Notes: generated by a model not told the origin, from the letters alone. A stretch of 63,174 nucleotides of DNA, filler included, from Pirum gemmata (GCA_002812295.1; 25 parts of 25 records of this genome joined end to end with filler, not necessarily neighbours in it), one strand, 5' to 3'. Numbered from the whole stretch's first letter, positions 1 to 12,283 are shown. Program-made: numbers and translations.

Positions 1-224
1 AATAATAAAATAATAAAATAATAAAATAATAAATAATAAAATAATAAAATAATAAAATAATAAAATAATAAAGTAATAAATAATAAAATGATAAAATGAT
101 ATTAATAAAATAATAAAATAATAAAATAATAAAATAGTAAAATAATAAGATGCACGATATCCCCTTTTGTTTTCCACACAATTTAAACAGATTTTTGATA
201 TTTTTCAAATTTTTAAAATTCAAA

Positions 225-261
<37 letters not shown>

Positions 262-473
262 TATTAGTATTATAATAATCCTCATCTCCAAATATTATTA
301 TACTTCACACATATCGTACACACAACAAGGAATATGCGGCTAAAATTCGATTGTTAATTTTTATTCATTTTATAAATCTGTTTTATTTATTTTTTTTCAG
401 TCTTATTTTGTTACGTTTAAAAGTGCAGAAATATGTAATCAATTTCATTCAATGTTTAATAGTAGCATTGAAT

Positions 474-791
474 TTCAAATTTGTGATCAGCGTATGAAAT
501 GTGCTCGTCTTTATATAATATTATACAAATTATATATATGTATTATGCATTATTATTGTCAATATATTATTACACTGTTTTTTGTTTACAGTGATTGTGT
601 GTGTATTACTACTAGATGTTTAAATTTCAAATTTGTTATCAGTATATAAAGTGAGCTCGTATTTCTATGTATAAATTATATATATAATTATATATATGTG
701 TGTGTGTATTATGCTTAATTATTACCAATATATCATTACACTGTTTTTTGTTAATTAAAGTGATTGTGTTTGTGTTACTAGATGTTTCAAA
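474..791. repeat. Imperfect tandem duplication (~150-170 bp) that includes the 3' end of the TPR-SET gene
   Basis: TTTCAAATTTGT(G/T)ATCAG...GCTCGT...TTACACTGTTTTTTGTT...AGTGATTGTGT...TACTAGATGTTT occurs twice (from ~474 and ~625). Confidence 0.75.
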
Positions 792-2197
792 TGGGAGGCA
801 AGCTTGTCGAGTTTTTGCTGAGAGTTACAAGCTGGTATTGTTGGGCTGACAAAACCTCTCTTCTGGTACAGTAAAACAATAAATAAGTAGACATTATAAA
901 TAGAATGCATACTAGAACTCGTTTTGTACATATAATTCATTCTCATTCTAATAAGCTGGGTAACATGTGACAATATTCTCTCTAACGAATCTACATTATA
1001 TAGGCCCATAATAAGAGATATGTTGTTTTCAGAGCCCTCTACCAGATGTTTAAGTAACCACACTTGCTTCCACGTATCCGAAAAGCACGGGTTTGCAAGT
1101 AAATTGCTCCTTTTTTTGATGGGACAATTATTGAACTTGGTGACCATAACTTGCTGTTCGCTCATATAGCGTGCCTCGGCAGCTAACTCGTCTGGGTATA
1201 AATACGATTGCATTTCATTATTACATCGGGTACAATTACTCTTTACACGCCATCCTTTCTCGAATAGTAGGCGGCTGATATCAGCCGGTCCGTCCAAATG
1301 ATCCGCGGATAGGTATGAAATAGTTAGTTCATCACCAACTTTGAGATCAACTAGCGTCATGACTTCAAGGTGTCGTGAACCTCGTACCTCACAATTATTA
1401 AAACACGAATGGTTATAGAACACACCAAACTGGTGAATTCCGTCATCATGTGCATTGAGTTTGGCGCAAGACAAAACACGTAACCAATTTGTAATATCAG
1501 CTTCACTCGCATTTGGTTTCATTGAGCGAATACGGGCAGGTAACTCGGATAGACTGGCAACTTTTTGGGGAATAGAACTATCGATACGAGGCATCATACC
1601 CTTAATCTGGACCATATCTTTTTGCGCAATCGAAGAAGAAAGAAAACGTCGAAGTCTGTCAGTATTATAAATGTCTTCACAGCACCATGGTAATATGGCA
1701 AGTTCTTTACTGACAAAAGTGTGCTTTTTAACGGGTTTCAATGTGATAACTCGATAGTAGTCAGCAGCTACTCGTTCCACTACAAGACCCTCTTCGAAAC
1801 CGTAGCAGGTCCGTTTTGTGCATTCAGAAATGACAACGTGTAGTTTCATTCGAGTCGCGTCCTCCACCACATCAGGATGACTTTTGACAAGATCAGCCAC
1901 CCAACAGTGTGCTTCGGTTACTCGTTTGAGGCCTGCAAGACTCTTCACTTTGCGAAACCACGATTTTTGGTGTAAGGGATCAATTTTCAATGCTCGTTCT
2001 GCGAAGTCAAGTGCACGGGTAAAATCGCCTAGGTATAAAGCTGCCTGGGCACTATTAGAAGCACTTAGTATTGAAAGAGGATCTAAAGCAAGGGCTTGTT
2101 CGTATTGTACTATAGCTTCTTCAAAGCTACTCTTGCGGAACAGTGCATTTCCACGCTCGCGAATTTCTTTTTCGTTTTTCAATTTAGGATTAGTCAT
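755..2197 (-). CDS. TPR-repeat + SET-domain protein (SMYD-like putative lysine methyltransferase, no MYND finger seen), single exon
   Basis: 480-aa ORF. N-terminal TPRs (RERGNALFRKSSFEEAIVQYEQAL; SNSAQAALYLGDFTRALDFAERALKIDP; KSWFRKVKSL). SET motifs FYNHSCFNNC and DLKVGDELTISYL. Post-SET-like NCTRC. Confidence 0.85.
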   Translation of the reverse strand: MTNPKLKNEKEIRERGNALFRKSSFEEAIVQYEQALALDPLSILSASNSAQAALYLGDFTRALDFAERALKIDPLHQKSWFRKVKSLAGLKRVTEAHCWVADLVKSHPDVVEDATRMKLHVVISECTKRTCYGFEEGLVVERVAADYYRVITLKPVKKHTFVSKELAILPWCCEDIYNTDRLRRFLSSSIAQKDMVQIKGMMPRIDSSIPQKVASLSELPARIRSMKPNASEADITNWLRVLSCAKLNAHDDGIHQFGVFYNHSCFNNCEVRGSRHLEVMTLVDLKVGDELTISYLSADHLDGPADISRLLFEKGWRVKSNCTRCNNEMQSYLYPDELAAEARYMSEQQVMVTKFNNCPIKKRSNLLANPCFSDTWKQVWLLKHLVEGSENNISLIMGLYNVDSLERILSHVTQLIRMRMNYMYKTSSSMHSIYNVYLFIVLLYQKRGFVSPTIPACNSQQKLDKLASHLKHLVTQTQSL

Positions 2198-2286
2198 AGT
2201 TTTTTAGCTGTATTATAATATATGATGATAATAATTATTAAATAATAATAATTATTGTATAATAATTGTGATAATAATAATAATAA

Positions 2287-2386
2287 NNNNNNNNNNNNNN
2301 NNNNNNNNNNNNNNNNNNNNNNNNNNNNNNTTAATTAATTAANNNNNNNNNNNNNNNNNNNNNNNNNNNNNNNNNNNNNNNNNNNN
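2287..2386. other. Artificial contig-joining linker (representative of 24)
   Basis: N44-TTAATTAATTAA-N44. It recurs at ~4703, 7138, 9555, 11989, 14393, 16799, 19213, 21630, 25621, 28026, 30399, 32800, 35215, 37648, 41393, 43804, 46288, 48664, 51052, 53464, 55896, 58329 and 60761. Confidence 0.98.
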
Positions 2387-2442
2387 AGAAAAGGAAAAAA
2401 AGAAAAGGAAAAAAGGAAATTATATAAGCAATAGAAACAAAC

Positions 2443-2500
2443 CTATGCCAGTTACTGTTCCCCAGACACTAACGAGCCAAGGATGCTTAAATTCTCCCAT
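2443..2500 (-). CDS. Possible first coding exon of an unidentified gene
   Basis: ATG at 2500 reads MGEFKHPWLVSVWGTVTGI, then a G|GTTTGT donor and a pyrimidine-rich intron running into the contig end. Confidence 0.35.
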
Positions 2501-2666
2501 ATTTAAATGTTACAATAATAGAATAATAGTATTTCTCAGTAATAATTATGGTAAGTATTAGGGTAGATTACTAACGATATATAATACGTGAAAAACAGAT
2601 TGTCGTTATTTTAACAATAACGTCTTGCAAAATTTCTTGTAAAATGCCCAAGAACTACGTGTTATG

Positions 2667-2701
<35 letters not shown>

Positions 2702-3096
2702 TTTTTTTCTTAGTTTTTTTTTATAATATACTCATAATATATATTAATTTAAATTAGGGATATTATAATATAATATTATCATATATCTATAAATTATCTC
2801 TCAGATACGATATGATTTTTTTTTTTTGGTTCTTGTTATAAATTATGTCATATTTTTTAGATATATCCATAACGTAAATCTGATTCTATCCCTTTGGCGT
2901 ATGATGCCGCATAGTCTATCCCTTGCTGATCATGAGCAGTAGTTATCGGATACTATCATAGCTAGCTAGCAGCTAGCTAGACTAGCTATGATAGCTAGCT
3001 AGCTAGTAATTGGTAATTTTGGTATCATAGTAGTTCTAGCTAGTCTAGCTAGCTAGTTAGCTATCATAACTCTAGCTAGCTACTAGCTAGACTACA

Positions 3097-3304
3097 GTGC
3101 TTTTCATTTATTTTGTCACTCCGAATATTTATTTGGTTTGTTATAATATTTAAATTGAATTTTTTAAATGAATAAATAGATAATAAAATATACCAAATTA
3201 AATGAAATGGATTTATATTGTATTAATTTGGCACTCTTTACTGTATATTTCATGATGACAAAACTAGGATGACAAAACAGGATGACAAAACAACTGAAAA
3301 GCAC
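3097..3304 (+). mobile_element. MITE family A (~180-200 bp), representative copy
   Basis: TIR GTGCTTTTCA(T/G)TT(A/G)TTTTGTCA...TGACAAAACAACTGAAAAGCAC. Other full or partial copies at ~12285, 12567, 12766, 13958, 16527, 16899, 17699, 18483, 18827, 32900, 38816, 48764, 49425, 49806, 53770, 55518, 58975, 60177 and 60419. Confidence 0.9.
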
Positions 3305-4505
3305 GATGGGGTCTAGACTGGGTCTAGCTAGCTAGGGCCAGTAGAGGCTAGCTACTAGCTATACTGAGAGCTATCGATACTATCATGTAATAATTCATAT
3401 TATCATAGTATCATAATATGAAATATGATAGCTAGCACGTATCGATATATATTATGATATGATATTGTCGATATCGATATGACATAGTTGATATCTTCTT
3501 TCCCTTCTGAGGGTAAATAAATCAAGTCCTGGGGTCTACTAGCTAGCTAGCTAGTAGTAGAGGTTCTAGCTAGTAAAATAGCAGTTCACAGTGTTCGGCG
3601 CTGTTCGCACACTGTTCGCAACTTCGCATCCCCCTGTAAAGTGTATATATACTTATATTATCAATACGTATTTTACACCCATTCGCCCCCTTATTTTTTT
3701 ATCACAAAAGTTCATACAGAATCATACATTCATACAATCATACTCTTTACCAGAATAGTTTCCAGAATATTGCCAGCTCTGAGCTCTTCCACAAATTTGA
3801 ATATTCTGCCCCCTCAAATTTTATATAGAGTCAAATAACTAGTCAAATAGACTATTTTTTAATTAAAATAATTTATAAAAATTTTTTTATTAAAATATGG
3901 TTTAGAACTTTAGATCAGTGGTTTAGATGGTTTAGAGTATTTTTAGAGTGGATTTTGGCATTATTTTGGCAATATTTTGCAATATTTTACAAATATGGTT
4001 TAGACTTTAGACCCCAAAATAGTCCCAAAATAGTCCCAAAATACTCCCAAAATAGTTCCCAAAATCCAGTTTCTAAATTCCAACTACAAAATTCCAAGTC
4101 ATCAAAAAAAAAAACTCAAACTAGACCTACAGCTCAAAGCCTCAAACCCAGCCAAGGACTGTCCTTGACCCCCAGCCTATGCTACTATAGCTACTATGCT
4201 ACTAGCTAGGTAGCTAGCTAGCTAGCTAGCAAACAGTTTACGATTTGATTTTAGTCTCATTAATCTCATGTAGAAAAAAAAATGGAAATTATTTACAGCT
4301 TGTACTGTGTAGTATAATTGTAGTATACTATAGTATACATATTGATATATACATTATTATATAGACCCTAGTCTAGTAAAAAAAATAACTATTGGTAGTA
4401 GTATTTATACTTGTGCAAACTATTGAATTATTATTTTAGTATTATAAGTATTTGCTAAGTTGACTAATGAAATAACAAGAATCGGATATGTGTGCTTTAA
4501 AAAAT

Positions 4506-4560
4506 ATGAGTTCCAAGATTAAGTTGTTGTCCGGAGATGCAATGCCCGTTGTCGGCCTTG
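4506..4560 (+). CDS. Aldo-keto reductase (xylose/aldose reductase-like), first exon
   Basis: MSSKIKLLSGDAMPVVGL(G) matches the AKR N-terminal motif L-x-S/N-G-x-x-M-P-x-x-G-L/F-G. It is followed by a GT donor at 4561 and AT-rich intron sequence. Confidence 0.75.
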
Positions 4561-5838
4561 GTTGGTGTTTTTTTGTTTATTTTACGTCCTTTTACCTAGT
4601 TTATTATCAGATATTAATACTAATTATATTAGTATTGGTGTTTTTCGTGTAAACATTACATTGTTATTGGTATTAATGTTAACCTTATTATTATTATTAT
4701 TANNNNNNNNNNNNNNNNNNNNNNNNNNNNNNNNNNNNNNNNNNNNTTAATTAATTAANNNNNNNNNNNNNNNNNNNNNNNNNNNNNNNNNNNNNNNNNN
4801 NNCCAATAATTACTTTTCATTAGTTTTATAGTTGCGCAAAAAATTTTGTTTTGGCGAAGTTCGCTTACTAATTAAAATTCTGTACGCCACTATCCGGAGC
4901 AAGCTTTAAAAAAAAAAAAAAAAAAAATTATTATAAATAGACTAATTATTATTTTTTAAAAAAATTTTTTTTTATGACATTGATTGGGGGGAGGTCTACC
5001 GGTAGACCTGACCGGCGGAGCGGTCCCGGTAGCCTGTCCCAGTACTACCTGTATAGCCACGATAAGAAAATTTAATAAAATATTCTCCCAATCTATAATT
5101 TTTGGTACTGTGTGTGTAAGTGTATAATTGAGCTTGTTTATATTTATTAAAATATTAATTATAAACTACCAAATTAAGCAAAGTATGCCTGATAGTTTTA
5201 CTAAAGGTAGTCTATTAATTTATGGTAGACCGGGTCTAGCTAGCTAGGTCTAGCCGGGTCTAGCTAGCCGGGTCTAGCTCTAGCTAGTTACTACTAGCTA
5301 GTAGACTATGTTTATTTCTTTGGGTATTTCTCCAGATGTTTATTTCAGTTTTTTGACTACATAAGATAGTATATAGACACTATATAGACAGTATATAGAC
5401 CCCTCCCACCTCTAGTAGTAGCAGTTTTTGAACTGGAAAGTCCTCAACTGGAAAGTCTGTGATTCCAGTATCATACCTGGTAGTCTCTAGCTAGAGCTAG
5501 AGCTCTAATCGACTTCTACTAGCTAGCTAGCTAGACTAGCTAGCTAATAGTACTAGCTAGCTAGACTAGCTAGCTAATAGTACTAGCTAGAGCTTTTAAT
5601 TAATTAATTAATTAAAGTAGACGGTCTAGCTAGCTATGATAGCTAGCTAGCTAGGAGCAGTAGTATCGAGCTAGCTAGCTAGCTAGTAGGTAGAAGGACT
5701 GTAGAAGGTATTATTATTACAAACTACCATCATGAAACTACCAAATCAAAGTAAAGTATAGTATTGTATCGTATTGTACCGTATTGTATATTGTATTATC
5801 ATACCAGTTAGTCTTACATTGTATAAATAGTGTATAAA

Positions 5839-5905
5839 TATTGTATTGTATTGTATTGTATTGTATTGTATTGTATTGTATTGTATTGTATTAATTGTAT
5901 TGTGT
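5839..5905. repeat. (TATTG)n microsatellite
   Basis: Direct reading. Confidence 0.9.
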
Positions 5906-6506
5906 TATGTTATGTTTTATACGCAAATGTTATGGTGTGTTAATTAAAGCGTTGTTTTATGTTGTATTATTTTTTCTAGTATGCATAGCTAAAAGTCTGC
6001 GCACAGCACCGTCAATAACAAAAACAACAATTGAAACTTATAATTACAAAACATTAATTAATCAAAACAACTAGCTAGAATTAAAATAACGCCAACACTT
6101 GTACGAAAAAAAACCTAAAATTACCATACATAACCATCAAACCATCAACAACGCGTAATTTAATTTTAAACTACAAATTATTCGATAAAGAATCAAATTC
6201 AAAAAGATATATCAATTTATATAAACACACCTATAGCTAACATGTACCATCAACAATCAACCTACAACAACAGTTATTATACAAAGAACACGATTAATAT
6301 TGGGAGCCTAGCTACACTCCAACATCTATTATTATTACTAGACTGAACAGTTAACGTTAACTACTCTCATTATGCATACTTCCAAAGTAATTAAATGTAG
6401 GGTCCTATCAAATATAAATTATATCGATATTCTTTATTTATTATATTATTATAATATTATAATATTATATAAATGGATACCAAAGTACATTTGCAATAGT
6501 ACATTA

Positions 6507-6754
6507 GGGTGCGTTCAATAATTACGTAACGCCGATTTGGGACAAAAACCTACCCTACTACCCCCCTGTGTAACGGCCTAAAAAGGACTAACTACCCCTT
6601 ATGACGTAACGATTTGGAAAAATTAGTACCCTAAATTACCCCTCATGTTATATATATAGGGTATATATATATATATATTTTTGCGTTATGTCATATTTCG
6701 AAAACCCGACCCCCCTACCTACCCCCCAGCGTTACGTAATTATTGAACGCTCCC
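6507..6754 (+). mobile_element. MITE family D, PIF/Harbinger-like
   Basis: 28-bp TIR GGG(T/A)GCGTTCAATAATTACGTAACGC with 3-bp TSD TTA. Second copy at 45530-45843. Confidence 0.9.
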
Positions 6755-7485
6755 TTATCATACATTTTGCCTTTTTGTTGCGTTGTGTATTCATTTTCAG
6801 TTCATTTTCACACTCTGTTTTCATACTATTTCTTTTTTTAGTACTATATTAACTATTTTTGGCAACTTTATCATGTTTTTGTAAACATCATGCTATTTGC
6901 ACTATTTATACATTTTGCAAATAGCATGATACAGACTATTGAAACTAGTATTTTTGCTATCATATCGATTATATCAGATAGATACTAATATTATCATAGG
7001 GGGGGGATAGTAGACCGTCTAGCTAGTAGCTATGATACGATAGACTATGATAGCTACTAGCTGAGTGACACTAAATGGTACACACTTAAAAATTTTTTTT
7101 GGTGGGGGGGGTTTGAGAATTTTTTTTTTTTTTTTTTNNNNNNNNNNNNNNNNNNNNNNNNNNNNNNNNNNNNNNNNNNNNTTAATTAATTAANNNNNNN
7201 NNNNNNNNNNNNNNNNNNNNNNNNNNNNNNNNNNNNNATAAAAGTTTACACACGTGGGTTATAGTTTAGGGGCGCTAGGAGCGCCATTAGCTAAAAAACA
7301 CGGAGATAACAGTCATTCATATATATAATTAGATTGTTACACTTTTCAATATATTCGGTACTCTTAATTTTTTAAACTGTTTATTACTAAATTTGAATTA
7401 TAAATATACCTTGTTAGAATATATTGTGGGTGAATTAACAACTAAGTGCCAATAAATTACTTTCTGTTTTAAAAAAATAAAATAG

Positions 7486-8529
7486 GCGCTCAAAGTACAG
7501 CGGAGCTCATCTTGTGATAGGAGAACTACAAAATTGTGTAAGGTGAGTGTAACGAGTTTTGTTACTCTACCATTTGTTGAAGAAAGTAACAATTAAGTAA
7601 AATCTTCAACTGGACTATTATAGTAATAAGCTAAAATTCATCCTAACCCTAACCCTAACCCTAACCCTAACCACGGCAAATTTAGAAAGCTGACACTAAT
7701 TGTAATATATATAAATTATCGTCACAGAGACCTACAGCAACGATTGAAAGATAGTGAAAGAAACTTCGCTATGGATCTGGAAAGTTCTTTCAAATACAAC
7801 AATAGCTTGATCCGTGCAGTAATAAAGCATCTTGCGAAAAACGATTTACCAATTTCTGATGATATGGCTTCTATTTCATTTGTCTGGGAAACGTCGAAAG
7901 AAGAGGTTTTGTTAGATGTCAGCCAGCAGGTTTCTGGTACACCTAAAGCTGTATTAAGTGATAATACAAGACTTTTGGATTTATTGGCTGGTACCCTTGT
8001 CAATACCTTTGCACAAAATTTAAGGAACACAATCGAAGGACCTAAAGAAAAGAGATGTAATTGCAAACACGTTGATGGCCACATTGATGGCCACATTGAT
8101 GGGCATATCAATGTTGAAGGTTCGGGTGAAAAGGAAGAACAATCAGAAAACTTACTGATCGAAAAAATTGAAACTATTGAAAAGAACGAAAATTTGGCAC
8201 CTCCCTCGGAAAACACGAGATGCGAGCAAAATGATAAAGGAAAAGCAAAGCTTGATTCCCCCGAAATATCAACATTGAACTGTAAAAGTGAGGGAAGCGT
8301 ATTGACGATTGAAGAAAAAACAGAAAACCAGGATGACTGTCAAAGCTTAAGTGACACAGTACAGGCTACGCATACTGTCACCAAAAGCGGAGAAGGGGGA
8401 AATTCGTTGAGTGAAACTATTCATAATAATGTATTAAGACAGACACCCACACAAATAATATCACAAAGAACTACAGTTATGACGACGTGTTGTAATATCT
8501 GTCTCGGTAAAAGTGTTACCCGCCTTTAG
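7486..8529 (+). CDS. Hypothetical protein, internal/terminal exons (7486-7542, 7728-8529), possible degenerate RING at the C-terminus
   Basis: AG|...AG|GTGAGT exon splices in frame to CAG|A GAC CTA and joins the 261-aa ORF (RSKYSGAHLVIGELQNCVRDLQQRLKDSER...). The ORF ends CCNICL. Confidence 0.5.
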
Positions 8530-8993
8530 TCTGGTGTTTGGGTATATTGGTTTCATTCATATTCCACGTTTCGTGTAGGAAATGTTATGAAAGTTTTTAC
8601 AGAAAACAAGTTTTGTTAATCGAAAATCCCTTATGTACTCTACCATAATATACTGGAATTGGGGCCTGGAATTGATTATCACTTGAACTTTTAGACTTTG
8701 AAACAAGATTAGATGTGGAAAGTTGACCCCCCCTTTTCTTTTTGTTACCTAGTAATATTTATGTTTATAAAAGTTTATATTGCCTACTAGATTTAAATGC
8801 AAGAATAATAAATTAGATCGGGGTTTTATTTTTTTCTAGTATGATGATACATCATAAATTTAAGGATTCGTTTTAATTTCTTAACACACAAAAAGTAACT
8901 TTCATGTAGTATATGTTTCGCATCACACAAAGGATTAAAACACTTTTACTTCTCAAATGTGTTTTGCATTACACGAAGAAAGAGATGACAGGG

Positions 8994-9440
8994 TTAAAAC
9001 AGTTCCGCACTTTTGCTTCTTAAAAAGTTATATTGCCATGTTGTTACAGATAATGCAAATACATACTCTAACATTAGAAAAGAGCTTCCTTGCATGTGCA
9101 TTGCAATCCCTTTTACTGCAGAACCGTACATTTTTTCTAAATCTGTTTCGTTTTTTTTGACATCTTTTAGGAACACTATGCTAGTGAATGGTATAAATGG
9201 AAGTTGGTCATTTTTTGAAGATACTTTCCCATCTTTCTTGCTATCGACATATTGTTCGACGAGCTTACAACAATATTCTACGAATAAAATTGCTTTCTCG
9301 TCGAGTTGTTCGCTATGTAATATTTGTTTCTTGAAAAAAGCAATTGCCACATCTGGATTTTTAGAAGCATTACCAATTGCATCAACAACAGATACTTTTC
9401 CCAGTGTAAGACCTTGATTCGGTAGGTCCTTTAGATTTGG
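8994..9440 (-). CDS. Hypothetical protein, probable terminal exon
   Basis: Open frame from an AG acceptor at 9441-9442 (PNLKDLPNQGLTLGKVSVVDAIG...) to the stop at 8994, with protein-like composition. No family recognised. Confidence 0.45.
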   Translation of the reverse strand, partial: PNLKDLPNQGLTLGKVSVVDAIGNASKNPDVAIAFFKKQILHSEQLDEKAILFVEYCCKLVEQYVDSKKDGKVSSKNDQLPFIPFTSIVFLKDVKKNETDLEKMYGSAVKGIAMHMQGSSFLMLEYVFALSVTTWQYNFLRSKSAELF

Positions 9441-10292
9441 CTAAATTGTGTGTGTGTGGGGGGGTGTTAAATATCAGTGCGAAAAAATAGTTTGCTTATT
9501 TTGAACATTCATTGTTTATGAAAACAAATGGAAAGATAATAATAACAATAATAANNNNNNNNNNNNNNNNNNNNNNNNNNNNNNNNNNNNNNNNNNNNTT
9601 AATTAATTAANNNNNNNNNNNNNNNNNNNNNNNNNNNNNNNNNNNNNNNNNNNNTATTATTATTATTATTATTATTGTTAATTATAATTATAGCTATATT
9701 ATAATATATTACCTCTGGTCTCATGAGGAGCAGTTGGTGGGTTACTATTGTCGTAGGTTCCCTATGACAATCAAACTGAAGCGAAAAACAATTTGTTTTT
9801 CTATGTGTTCATGTCGTTTTTAAATGGACGTCTTCTTTATTACTTTCAAACGACATGGTTAGCATTGGTTACTGTTCTTCACTAACTGTTCTTTATTACA
9901 AAATGATACAAAGTAATACAAAATAACATACATAACTTGTATTGAGACTTATTACAGTCTTATTACTGACTTATTCAAAGAAGAAGTATTATGACGTCAT
10001 TATGACGTCAGTTTAAGACTTAAATGTACTCTCATAGTTACTCTCATTGTCTTTCAATATAACGTCATGGTAGCCTAATGATGACGTAACTTTAATTAAT
10101 GGGAACTGATGTACCCCCCTCCCCCCCTTCCCCGCTAACTCGGTAAAACAATTATTTTGAGTCTCTGTTCGAAGCAAAATTGACTACCCGATCATCAGGC
10201 CATATATATTAACTCAGTAAAATATATTTTCGAGTTTTGTTCAAAGCAAAATTGACTACCAATCCGAGCGCCTCGCGCATGTGCAAAAATAA

Positions 10293-10520
10293 ATTGCGCA
10301 TGCGTACCGATTACGTCATGATTATTGTCTCATCATTTATTATTTCCTTATTATTACAATGTCATAATAATATAACAACATAATTACATTCAACATAATT
10401 ATTTCTTTACTTGCGCGTGCGTACCGATTACCTCGTGATTATTGTCTCATCATTTATTATTTCCTTATTATATTATTACATATAACAACATAATATAATA
10501 TTCAACATAATTATTTCTTG
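10293..10520. repeat. Tandem duplication (~115 bp x2); a ~60 bp x2 duplication lies at ~10140-10262
   Basis: TTGCGC(A/G)TGCGTACCGATTAC...ATTATTGTCTCATCATTTATTATTTCCTTATTA occurs twice. GTTC(G/A)AAGCAAAATTGACTACC occurs twice. Confidence 0.8.
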
Positions 10521-12141
10521 ACATACAATTAATATTTTAAACTATGTAATACATCATTCATTTGTATAATTCTGTAACTAATTCTGTCCGTCGCGTTTTT
10601 GTATAATTATGCCAGCAGTATTGCTAGTTAACGTTTTTTCAAAAAAATCAAGGAAGAAATGGGAAAGCGAATAAAAGGAACTATATAAAAGGTCTCGTTA
10701 GATCAGTTTGGGCATACGTGGTCAAAATTTTTTAAGTCAAATTTAAAGAAGAGTCAAAGAAGGCATATGGAAAAGAGTTCGAAAATGCTATGTTATTGTT
10801 ACGTCTAAATTTCTTTCTTTCCTTTTTTTTCTAGGTCTATTATTATCATGACATGTGTACAGTTACTCTGTTGTGTATATGGTATTGTCACTGTTGGTAA
10901 TTGTTGTTGTTGTTGTTGTTGTTACTGTAAGTGGTTTTGTGTTACATGTATTTTAATTAATTAAAATAACGTATCGTGATTTTCGTTGTTGTATTATAAC
11001 TTGTACCTATACATGGATATCTATATATTGCTGTTCTGTCATATGGTCATGGGGTTTGCTGTTAGTGTTGATGTTGATGTTGGTGCTGATGTTGGTGTGG
11101 GTGTGCTGTCACAGTTACTCTAGATCTGTTCTTAACTTGATGTTGATGCTGGTGTAGTTGTGCTGTTACAGTTAACGTTACTCTGTTCTTAATTACGTTT
11201 GCTGTTGTTTTGGCTGTCATAAAAAGTTTAGTTAGTATATTAATGTTAGTATTTTGTGTTTAGCGCTATGTCTAACATACTTTAAGTCAAAGAAGGCAAG
11301 GAAAAGTGAATAAAAGGCTAGTTGATCAGTATCGATTATTCCAATTTTCTGATTTTTTTTTTTGGGACGATACCAATTTGCAAGTTAAAAAAAATTAAAA
11401 AATTAAAAATAAAAAAATAAAATAAAATAAATGGTTGGTAACATAATTTTTTGTATTATATTAATTCACTACTATTACATATTATATAATTCTCAGTTTT
11501 TTTTTAATTTTACTACCCCACTCTATTCAGTTCCTCCATCATCCAATCCTCTTTTCATTATTATCCCTTATAAATAAGTTGTATAATATATTATGTATCG
11601 CTCTTTAAATTTCAAAATGTAAATTTAAATTTGTATTGGTGGTAGACATTCTAATATAGAATATGCAGCAGATAAAGGACAATTAAAAAACAAATTATTA
11701 ACTATTAATTAATTAAAATAAATAAAAATTTAAATTTTTATTTTTTTTCAAGTTAAAACACACATTTTAAAATATTTAATGCTTGTTGAAATGATACTAG
11801 TATACTGTGTTGTAACTGCTAGTACTCTAATACATACTTGTAACTAATTTTTATAACGCTAATTATTATAACCACAAGTATCACTATGCTAAATACTACT
11901 AACACTTAGCCAAAAGTATATTTAATATTATGTATATTTTTGAGCTATTTTTGCGTCTCGTAATAATAATAATAATAATAATAATATANNNNNNNNNNNN
12001 NNNNNNNNNNNNNNNNNNNNNNNNNNNNNNNNTTAATTAATTAANNNNNNNNNNNNNNNNNNNNNNNNNNNNNNNNNNNNNNNNNNNNGGAATTGAATCT
12101 AGAAGGGTATTTTTGTCAACTATAGGAAATGTTCGAAACCA

Positions 12142-12283
12142 GGGAGGTGCAAGAAAATATAATCGAATAAAACAGCTCGATCCTAATTATTAAATGATAA
12201 TTTTGAAATGATATACTTAAAATTAGATCGAAAGTTTTTAAAAGTTTCGGACTAATCTCGATTCAATTTTTCCTGCATTTCCC
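12142..12283 (+). mobile_element. MITE family C (internally deleted copy)
   Basis: TIR GGGAGGTGCAAGAAAA / TTTTCCTGCATTTCCC. Core AATCGAAT..AACAGCTCGATCCTAATTATTAAA shared with 15941-16165 (-) and 57822-58054 (+). Confidence 0.75.

Noticed and set aside
1455..2207. Plus-strand ORFs overlapping TPR-SET
   Set aside because: Antisense shadows with no motifs. Likewise 7722-8216, 9013-9417, 19883-20125, 28956-29821, 36168-36440, 47676-48495 and 62812-63063.
2331..2342. TTAATTAATTAA recurring every ~2.4 kb as a biological periodic repeat or CRISPR-like array
   Set aside because: It is always centred in N44 flanks, i.e. a six-frame-stop assembly linker.
4803..4905. Possible snRNA/ncRNA
   Set aside because: No match to any spliceosomal or other RNA that I can recognise by eye. 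An Infernal/Rfam scan would be needed.
9990..10090. Tandem TGACGTCA (CRE-like) sites as a promoter
   Set aside because: No linked gene is identifiable, and TGACGT also occurs within MITE sequences.
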